DNA of 32,745 bases from a virus (Duplodnaviria; Caudoviricetes). A program made the translations under genes and the position numbers. Every line of letters begins with the position of its first letter. Positions within the stretch are counted from its first letter, which is position 1. The notes below the pieces were generated by a model. The model was not told the DNA's origin, ran no database searches, and saw nothing but the letters and a program-made list of their open reading frames with translations. The stretch is from the IMG/VR virus record IMGVR_UViG_3300033181_000166, positions 1-32,745 of that record. The stretch is one strand, 5' to 3'. This document shows positions 26,262 to 32,745 of the stretch, piece by piece.

Positions 26262-27125
26262 ATGAGCACCTTGGCCTCGGTCCAGGCCGCCGCCCCCTCG
26301 GCGCAGATCCGGGACGAGGGGATCGATCTGCAAGTCAGCGACAACGGCGTCGACGGCTCGCTCTCGTTCTGGGTGAGCGGGGCCGACCTGGGGGCCTTCC
26401 GCCTGGCCGTCGCCGGCTCCCCGTCGACGGCCGTCGTGATCGGCGGCTACTCGGTCTCCCGGCTGGTCCCGATGCTCCACCCTTACGAGTCCAACTGCTA
26501 CGCCTACTCGTTGCGGGCCTACCCGGCGCCCGGGGCCGCGATCAGCCTGGGCGGTGGCTCGACCGGATTCAGCTTCGCCGACTACTTCGTGGACGTTCGG
26601 TTCCGCACACCCAAATATGACTACACCGGCCCCTATCCGCTGGTGACCCGCCAGCGACGCAATGGCGTCGAGATGGTCACCCGCCCGGGCTTCGCCTACC
26701 AGTTTCCGAGCGATAGCAAGCGGCCCAACCACGACGTCGGAATCCCGGTCCTGACCGTGGAATACGGCCTCACGTTCCACCGGCTCCCGGCGCTGAACGA
26801 CGACCTGTACGATAGCCTGGCCGGCTGCGTCAACGAGGTCGCGTTCCTGGGACGCCCGGCGGGGACCGTGCTCTACCGGGGCTGCTCCAGCGGCGGCGAG
26901 CTCACCTTGGGCGGGGTCCCATCATTCGAAGCCACGCATGAGTTTTCGTACCGGGCGATCCCCCACAACCAGATCATGCGCGACGACGGGATGGGCTTCG
27001 AGGCCCCGATCCAGGTCGCCGACGCGGCGGCCACCGGCACCACCCTGGTCGCCGACCAGGAGCTGATCTCCAACCCGGCCTACCTGCTCCCGATCGCGGA
27101 CCTCAACCAGCTCTTCGCCCACTGA
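26262..27125 (+). CDS. Tail tip/baseplate protein
   Basis: Follows the TMP; beta-rich; G.VN...FLG.PAGTVLY.G motif. Confidence 0.6.
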   Translation: MSTLASVQAAAPSAQIRDEGIDLQVSDNGVDGSLSFWVSGADLGAFRLAVAGSPSTAVVIGGYSVSRLVPMLHPYESNCYAYSLRAYPAPGAAISLGGGSTGFSFADYFVDVRFRTPKYDYTGPYPLVTRQRRNGVEMVTRPGFAYQFPSDSKRPNHDVGIPVLTVEYGLTFHRLPALNDDLYDSLAGCVNEVAFLGRPAGTVLYRGCSSGGELTLGGVPSFEATHEFSYRAIPHNQIMRDDGMGFEAPIQVADAAATGTTLVADQELISNPAYLLPIADLNQLFAH

Positions 27126-27137
27126 CCCCGGCGGGCC

Positions 27138-27539
27138 ATGACCGAACCACCCGACTTGCAGGAGTCCGACCCGCCCCCCGGCGCGTCCTGGTACAAGGCG
27201 CTGCTGGCCTGGGTCCGCTCGATGCGCGTGACCGTGGCCCGCGACTCCGGGCTCTACTCGACCTCCGGCCCCTCGGGCACGGCGATCGGCGTCCGCTTCC
27301 CGCCGGCCGCCTACCTGGGCAAGACCACCACCATCCTCCAACCCCGCTCCGGCGAGACGCCCGGCTCGGGGACCGTGCAGCCCCTGACCTATACGGGGAC
27401 CGTGCTCGCCCCCTTCGGCGGGACGATCACCGTGCTGAACTGGACTGGCACGCAGGTCGTTCAGGGCCAGCGTATCGAATACAACACCATGTACGGTCGT
27501 TATTGGCTCGAAGGCCACGACTGTTCGGGGGTAGCCTGA
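27138..27539 (+). CDS. Tail tip protein
   Basis: Operon position; TGATG coupling to the next gene. Confidence 0.55.
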   Translation: MTEPPDLQESDPPPGASWYKALLAWVRSMRVTVARDSGLYSTSGPSGTAIGVRFPPAAYLGKTTTILQPRSGETPGSGTVQPLTYTGTVLAPFGGTITVLNWTGTQVVQGQRIEYNTMYGRYWLEGHDCSGVA

Positions 27540-28090
27540 TGGGCATGGGAGAGCTCGCCCCCGGCTGCTGCGACTGCGGCCCCCCGCCACCGCCCTCCCT
27601 CTATTGCTCCCCCTGCGATATCCCCAAGTCCAACCTCGTCCTGTCGTGGTACTACTGGCAGGTTCATAACGGTGGCACATATGGGACCACGTACACGGCG
27701 GCGGGCCCGATCGAGACGCCCCTGGTCTACGGGGGCGGCCTGGGGCCAAACTTCGATTGGACCTCCGGTTGGTTCGCCGGGCCGGGCGATTCGGTGGCAT
27801 GCAACCAGGGTACTTACTCCCAGGCACAAGGAACGTACATCCTGGGGTCGCAATGCTGCTTCATCCAAATTACTTTGTCCTGTAATCAGCAGCAGGGTAC
27901 AAACATAGCGATCGGCCTATCCTCCGACTCCATGGGCCGGCTCGCTCCGGACGGCAAAGCGTATTGCTACGACGGCACGGTCTCCGCCCGGGTCGGACCG
28001 GCGACCTTTAACTGCTCGCCATTCATGATTACTTATCAGGGAACCGGCTTCGTAGGGAACCTGTTCGCCTATGGGGTGGCGAGTCTGTGA
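27539..28090 (+). CDS. Cys-rich terminal tail protein, candidate receptor-binding protein
   Basis: PGCCDC...CSPC N-terminus; rich in aromatic residues, Gly and Cys; lower GC; last gene of the operon. Confidence 0.6.
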   Translation: MGMGELAPGCCDCGPPPPPSLYCSPCDIPKSNLVLSWYYWQVHNGGTYGTTYTAAGPIETPLVYGGGLGPNFDWTSGWFAGPGDSVACNQGTYSQAQGTYILGSQCCFIQITLSCNQQQGTNIAIGLSSDSMGRLAPDGKAYCYDGTVSARVGPATFNCSPFMITYQGTGFVGNLFAYGVASL

Positions 28091-28133
28091 AGACACTCGG
28101 CCCGGCGATTCACCGTGAATAAGCGCGTGCGAG

Positions 28134-28165
28134 GGGGGCCGTCCCGGCTGGGACGGCCCCCTTTT
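28134..28165 (+). terminator. Intrinsic terminator of the late operon
   Basis: GGGGGCCGTCCC-GGCT-GGGACGGCCCCC-TTTT. Confidence 0.85.
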
Positions 28166-28186
28166 CGCGCGCCTCGGGTTCCTGAT

Positions 28187-28241
28187 GCTATGCACGGTGC
28201 ATAGCCGGTCCCATCCCGCGGCTATGCACCGTGCATAGCCG
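28187..28241. promoter_or_regulatory. Two parS-like palindromes downstream of parB
   Basis: GCTATGCACGGTGCATAGC (28187-28205) and CGGCTATGCACCGTGCATAGCCG (28219-28241). Confidence 0.75.
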
Positions 28242-28243
28242 GC

Positions 28244-29194
28244 TCACGCCCCGGCCGGCTCCATCTCGCCGATCTCGGACTTGACGCGGTCGGCTAGCCT
28301 CAGGATCGCGCCGTGGAGCGCGGCGGGATCGATCCCCTTGCGGTTGGTCACCGCGAACCGGAACGGTGCCTCGTTGAAGACGCGGTCGGTACGGAGCTTC
28401 GGCGACTTCGCCCCCCTGCCCTTCGCGGGGCCCTTGCTCGGTGTCCGCTCGCGAGTGGCCTTCCGCACCTCCTCGATCGCGTCGGTCCGGCTCAGGCCCC
28501 CCGACGCGATCCTCTCGGCGACCTCGCGCTGTGCCTCGGCCCCCTCGACCTTGGACACCTCGCAGGCCGTCGATGGGTTCAGGCCGCCGCTCTCGACCAT
28601 GGCCTGCACCTCCTCCGGCAGGCTCAGGAGGGCGAGCGATCGGGAGATGCTCGACTGGTTGACCCCGATCTCCTGGGCCAGCTTGTTGCCCGACCAGCCG
28701 AAGCGACTCATCAGCACGCGGTAGGCCCGGGCCTCCTCGATCGGCTTCAGGTCGGACCGGATGCTGTTCTCGATGACCTGGAGCGCGAGCAGCTCGCCCG
28801 GCTCCAGCTCCCTCTGCTCCATGACGCAGGTCATCACGGCGATCCCCGCCTGCCGGGCCGCCCGCCATCGGCGCTCGCCGACGACCACGACCCACCGGTC
28901 CCTGGCCTCGTCCCACCGGACCCGTATCGGCGAGATCTGGCCGTGGGCCTTGAGCGAATCGGCCAGCCGGTCCAGCTCGGCCTGGTCGAAATCCTCGCGA
29001 GGCTGGCCCGGGTCCCGGTCGATCTTCTCGATCGGGATCTCCGCCACGTTCTTGCTCCGCTCGACGCCCCTCATCCGCCCGGGCTTCGCCGGCGCCGGGG
29101 TCGGGGTGGCGGCTCCCTTGGGCCGGTTGGCGCCCATGCTTTCGTCGACATTCCCGCCGAACTCCCGGCCCAACTTCTCCAGCTTCGACGCCAT
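28244..29194 (-). CDS. parB: ParB/Spo0J partition protein (316 aa)
   Basis: QPREDFD, L.DSLK.HGQISPI, VVGERRWRAA arginine patch, ENSIRSDL.PIEEARAY, and an HTH (NKLAQEIGVNQSSISRSL). Confidence 0.95.
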   Translation of the reverse strand: MASKLEKLGREFGGNVDESMGANRPKGAATPTPAPAKPGRMRGVERSKNVAEIPIEKIDRDPGQPREDFDQAELDRLADSLKAHGQISPIRVRWDEARDRWVVVVGERRWRAARQAGIAVMTCVMEQRELEPGELLALQVIENSIRSDLKPIEEARAYRVLMSRFGWSGNKLAQEIGVNQSSISRSLALLSLPEEVQAMVESGGLNPSTACEVSKVEGAEAQREVAERIASGGLSRTDAIEEVRKATRERTPSKGPAKGRGAKSPKLRTDRVFNEAPFRFAVTNRKGIDPAALHGAILRLADRVKSEIGEMEPAGA

Positions 29195-30009
29195 CACGCC
29201 ACCCCCATCGCGGTCGCCGCGCCGCTCCTGGACTCGACCCTCGACAGCAGCTCGGCCGCCAGGTCCCGGATCGCCTGGGCGGGCGCCCCCTTGGGCCGAT
29301 AGAACCCGATCGGCTTCCGGGCCGCGATCGCCTCGACGTAAGCCACGGCGTCGGGGACACGCGCTGCGAAGACGTCCTCCCCGTACAGCGACCTCAGGCG
29401 ATTCTCGTACAGTTGGTGGACCGCCTTCTTGCCCACCCGGGTGAGCAGGTATCCCAGCAAATCGAGCGACGGATTCGGTCCGGCCTGGACCCGCTCGATC
29501 GACTCGGAGACCGCCCCGATGCCCTGCGCCCCGTAGTCCTCGGGCTGCATCGGGACGACGATGTGATCCGAGGCCACCAGCGCCGCCCACGAGCAGAGGT
29601 GGAGGTTCGGCGGGCAGTCGATCAGGGCGACGTCGTAGGAGCCGGCGGCCTCGGCCAGGAAGGATCGCAGGCAGTGCTGGGCGTCGTCGTCGGCCTCGAA
29701 CGGGCGCGGGACGTTGAAGTCCGTGGCCGCCACCGACCCGGGAAGGATGTCGATCCCGGCGAAGCCGGTCGGGCGGATGACCTGCTCGGGGAAGGGGCGG
29801 TCGCCCCGGTAGAGCGCGGCCACGGTCTGGGACGGGTCGATCGAGAGGGCCGCCACGGGCCCGAAGAACCCCTGGCTCAAAGAACTCTGGGGGTCGTTGT
29901 CGACCAGGAGCACACGCCTCCCCATCAGGGCCAGCGCCCCGGAGAGGTGATGCGAGCAGGACGACTTCCCGACGCCCCCTTTCTGGTTCAAGAGTGTCAG
30001 CACTCGCAC
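29194..30009 (-). CDS. parA: ParA/Soj partition ATPase (type Ib-length, no N-terminal HTH)
   Basis: NQKGGVGKS deviant Walker A, LLVDNDPQ, LIDCPP. Confidence 0.95.
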   Translation of the reverse strand: MRVLTLLNQKGGVGKSSCSHHLSGALALMGRRVLLVDNDPQSSLSQGFFGPVAALSIDPSQTVAALYRGDRPFPEQVIRPTGFAGIDILPGSVAATDFNVPRPFEADDDAQHCLRSFLAEAAGSYDVALIDCPPNLHLCSWAALVASDHIVVPMQPEDYGAQGIGAVSESIERVQAGPNPSLDLLGYLLTRVGKKAVHQLYENRLRSLYGEDVFAARVPDAVAYVEAIAARKPIGFYRPKGAPAQAIRDLAAELLSRVESRSGAATAMGVA

Positions 30010-30060
30010 GGCCTATGCCTCCAATGGGTCAGTTGTCCACGACGTTCTATCGGAAATTCC

Positions 30061-30129
30061 ATGCACCGTGCATAAGCCCCCCCGGCCCGACCCCGGGGCG
30101 GTCGGCCGCGCCCCCTATGCACGGTGCAT
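30061..30129. promoter_or_regulatory. Two parS-like palindromes upstream of parA
   Basis: ATGCACCGTGCAT (30061-30073) and ATGCACGGTGCAT (30117-30129), the same core as at 28187-28241. Confidence 0.75.
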
Positions 30130-30343
30130 GACCGGCGCGACGTGGCGTCCCATTCGCCGCGCCACGGGGGCCCCGCGTCTCGACCCGAAAAATCGACGTA
30201 AATTCCTGAAATCGTAAGGATTTTCGCGTTGAAATTCGCGCCGAATTGAGATACAATTCCGTGGTCGGTTTGGCTCTCTGTCGCCGCCCGCCCGTGGGAA
30301 CTTATCCGGGGAACCACGGGCGGGTTTTTGCGCGCCGCGATCC

Positions 30344-30670
30344 TCATCGGGATGCCTCCAGGGCCGGGGGCGACTCCGGGCCGGCCCCGGGTTCGATCCG
30401 GGCGAGCCGGTGTCCCGCGACCAGCTCCCATTCGGCGAGGTCGGGGCCTTCCGATTCGAGCCGCTCCACGGCCAGCCACCGCTCGATCTCGCCCATCCGC
30501 ATCGCCGCCAGCAGGTCCGCCTGGCAGGACTGGAGCCAGAGCGAGATCAGGCAGGCCACCCGGCCCGTCGGCAGGGCGGGGCCGACCGGGACGCCGTTGA
30601 CCGCGATCCGGTAGCTGCTGGGTTCGGACTCGACGATCCTGATCCCGGACCTGGCGTGGGCGTGCTTCAC
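30344..30670 (-). CDS. Hypothetical protein coupled to rep (108 aa)
   Basis: GTG start overlaps the rep stop (GTGA); reads MKHAHARSGIRIVESEPSSYRIAVNGVPVG... Confidence 0.55.
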   Translation of the reverse strand: MKHAHARSGIRIVESEPSSYRIAVNGVPVGPALPTGRVACLISLWLQSCQADLLAAMRMGEIERWLAVERLESEGPDLAEWELVAGHRLARIEPGAGPESPPALEASR

Positions 30671-31947
30671 AGGTCCGCCCCCGGCGAGAGCAGGCCGTTC
30701 AGCGTGAAATGGAAGATGGCCCCCTTGCTCCCGGCCTTGGTCGCCTTTCGGGCGACCTGGTAGGACTTGATGACCGGCTTCAGCTGGATCTTGCGACTGG
30801 CCGCATCCCGGAGCCGGGCGGCGAACCCATTCACGGAGCCCGGGTCGTCCCATTCCGCGGCGAACCGCCGGGCCAGCTCCCTCACCAGCTTCTCGCCGGC
30901 CTCGGACCCGCCCGGATTGGCCAGTCGCCGGAGCAGGTCCTCCGTCGTCGCCGGCGCGGGGGCGGCCTTCGGCCGGGGCTTTTCGGGGACGACGACGGGC
31001 TTCTCCGGGACCGAGCCGGCGAGGTCCTCCGGCAGCCGCCCGCAATCCTGCAAACCCCAGAGCGCCACCTTCCGGAGTAGCGAGTTGGCGCGGGGATGCC
31101 GGGCCAGGGCGATCCACTCGGAGACCTGGGTCTCGTCCGGCGGAGTGGCAGGGGGGGGCGGAGTGGCAGGGGGGGGCGGAGTGGCAGGGGGGGGCGGAGT
31201 GGCAGGGGGGGGCGGGGGCGGCGGGGGCGCCTCCGCGGGGGGTGGATCGACCGGCTTGGCCTCGGGCTCCGGATCCCCCCCGGGCGCGAGCCGCGTTAAC
31301 GTAACGTTTCTGTATTCGTTCGAAGAGAATTCGTTCGAACTCTCTGGCGCAGGTTTCTGCGCGCAGGTTTCTGCGCTTTTGGCGCAGGTTTCCGCGCTTC
31401 GGATGAGGGGCAGGTCGTCGGCCGGCTTCCGCTTCGGGGGGATGACCCGCTTCGCGTCCACGTCGTAGCGGATGCCAACCCCGAAGTCGACGACCGCCCC
31501 ATCCCAGGCGCCGCGCCGCCGCGCTTCGGCTTCGGCTTCGGCCTCGGGCTCGGGGCCGGGGTCCGTCAGTAACCAGCGGCACCAGGTGACCTTCACCCGC
31601 TTGCCCCGATAAATCTCGACCGTTCGCGTGATCCAGCCGCGTTGGGCCAGCCAGGGCAGGGCCTCGGCCCGGACCGTGCTCTCGGCGAGGCCGGTCCCCC
31701 TGGCGATCTTCCGGGTCGCATCCCAGGTGCAGCAGTCGTGGAACTCGCGGGCCCGCCGCTCCAGGTGGCGGAAGACCTTCCGGGCCGACCCGGGCGGGTC
31801 CTGATCGTCGAACTCGTCGGGGTACGCGAATCCGCCGGTGATCGCGGGGCGAGTGAGGCCGGGCGGGGGCTTGGGTCGGCCGTTGGTGCGCGGAGTTTCC
31901 ACGACACCCGGCTTCCGCCGAGCGGCCGGAGTTGCTAGATTTGACAT
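30667..31947 (-). CDS. Replication initiator with an N-terminal winged HTH (426 aa)
   Basis: ARKVFRHL...TWDATRKIARGTGLAESTVR.EALPWLAQRGWITR wHTH; central linker with DNA repeats; adjacent to parAB. Confidence 0.75.
   Translation of the reverse strand: MSNLATPAARRKPGVVETPRTNGRPKPPPGLTRPAITGGFAYPDEFDDQDPPGSARKVFRHLERRAREFHDCCTWDATRKIARGTGLAESTVRAEALPWLAQRGWITRTVEIYRGKRVKVTWCRWLLTDPGPEPEAEAEAEARRRGAWDGAVVDFGVGIRYDVDAKRVIPPKRKPADDLPLIRSAETCAKSAETCAQKPAPESSNEFSSNEYRNVTLTRLAPGGDPEPEAKPVDPPPAEAPPPPPPPPATPPPPATPPPPATPPPPATPPDETQVSEWIALARHPRANSLLRKVALWGLQDCGRLPEDLAGSVPEKPVVVPEKPRPKAAPAPATTEDLLRRLANPGGSEAGEKLVRELARRFAAEWDDPGSVNGFAARLRDAASRKIQLKPVIKSYQVARKATKAGSKGAIFHFTLNGLLSPGADL
31141..31212 (+). repeat. 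Four perfect copies of the 18-mer CGGAGTGGCAGGGGGGGG (encodes PPPATP in Rep)
   Basis: Read directly from the sequence; four G8 runs. Confidence 0.9.
31295..31397. other. Putative replication origin inside rep (iterons plus AT-rich tract)
   Basis: GCGCAGGTTTC(T/C)GCGC at 31347-31362, 31361-31376 and 31382-31397, next to an AT-rich stretch with ATTCGTTCGAA x2. Confidence 0.7.
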
Positions 31948-32274
31948 GACTCTGTCGTCGCTTCTCGTGGGCTGCCGGCGGTCGAACTTTCCGGGGACAA
32001 CCGCGGGCGGATCTTTAAATGACGCGGGGTTGATGGGACGGGGCCGCGGTGTTTCCACACCGGGGGCCTCGTCCCGTCGCGCGCGGATCGCGCGATCGTC
32101 ACGTCGACCATCTTGAACGCGCCAACTTAAGGCGCCAAGAAGATTCCGCCGAAATCCGCGCATCGCAACGACTTACGACCATCAAAAGATAGATAAGTCG
32201 GCGCGTACCATCCAATTTACCGCCGGATGAGGCGGTTTCGGGGTCGGTGATCCGTCGCAATCAACAGGCTCCTC

Positions 32275-32523
32275 TCAAGCGTTAGGGTCGGACCTCCGGA
32301 GGACTTCCCGGACGCAGGCGAGGCCGAGGCGGCGGATGGCCTCCGCCTCGACCGGGTGGAGGTCGGCGAGCGCCCCGGATGGGTCGACCTCGCCGAGTTC
32401 CAGCTTTTCGGCGAGCCCGGGCAGGAAGCCCGGCCCGTGGAGGGCCGCCCGGTTGGCGACCGTCCTCAGCTCGCGATCGATCCAGGCCAGCCCGGGCAGG
32501 TGTTCGCGGGGGATGCTGCTCAT
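32275..32523 (-). CDS. Hypothetical protein (82 aa)
   Basis: GGGAGG RBS; ATGA coupling with the junction-spanning gene. Confidence 0.6.
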   Translation of the reverse strand: MSSIPREHLPGLAWIDRELRTVANRAALHGPGFLPGLAEKLELGEVDPSGALADLHPVEAEAIRRLGLACVREVLRRSDPNA

Positions 32524-32745
32524 GGCCGGTCCTCCCAGGGGGGCTGCCAGAGCGAGGGGTAGTCTTCCTCCCGGGCCTCGGCCTCGTCCATCAGGAGCTG
32601 CAATTCCTCGGGCTCGATCGGCAGCCCCCCGGCCACCCGGTCGGCCGCCTCGGCGAGCGAGTCGATGCGGTCCCGCTCGGCCTCGCGGTCGAGGTCGGCC
32701 AGGGGGAACACGCGGATCCCGACCCGGCCGTCGACGTCGCCGGGG
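32520..32745 (-). CDS. 3' part of the junction-spanning hypothetical protein (starts at 342)
   Basis: In frame with 342..1 through the 127-bp overlap. Confidence 0.75.
   Translation of the reverse strand, partial: PGDVDGRVGIRVFPLADLDREAERDRIDSLAEAADRVAGGLPIEPEELQLLMDEAEAREEDYPSLWQPPWEDRP
32619..32745. repeat. Terminal direct repeat, right copy
   Basis: Identical to 1-127. Confidence 0.95.

Noticed and set aside
17316-26780. Very long - strand ORFs (17316..19835, 22940..24301, 23823..26780, 25250..26344)
   Set aside because: These are antisense shadows of high-GC structural genes, with low-complexity translations and no motifs.
26262-28090. Diversity-generating retroelement or invertible tail-fibre cassette
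   Set aside because: No reverse transcriptase, no TR/VR pair, and no inverted repeats or alternative fibre ends were seen around these genes.

Overview
The window is a complete, apparently circular, high-GC element of about 32.6 kb. Bases 1-127 are repeated exactly at 32619-32745, and one ORF reads in frame across that junction. It combines two sets of functions. The first is a full non-contractile tailed-phage morphogenesis operon on the + strand (terminase S/L, SPP1-type portal, scaffold, capsid, head/neck, tail tube, chaperones, tape measure, tail tip; about 13.0-28.1 kb). The second is plasmid maintenance on the - strand (ParA, ParB, four parS-like palindromes flanking parAB, and a wHTH initiator with internal iterons), plus a serine recombinase on the + strand. 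I see no tyrosine integrase or protelomerase, so a circular phage-plasmid is the best reading. Several small proteins resemble families I associate with Planctomycetota (Isosphaeraceae-like), which is an inference about the host. The most unusual features are: (i) no recognisable endolysin, and in the lysis position a membrane protein fused to a CAP/SCP domain beside a membrane-anchored 11-aa-repeat coiled coil; (ii) a DUF4417-like gene coupled to an ADP-ribosyltransferase-like gene just before the terminase; (iii) three divergent promoter switches, each paired with a ribbon-helix-helix-like gene; (iv) two highly structured intergenic RNA candidates; (v) a G8-run tandem repeat next to the origin. 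All family calls come from motifs read by eye; no database search was run.
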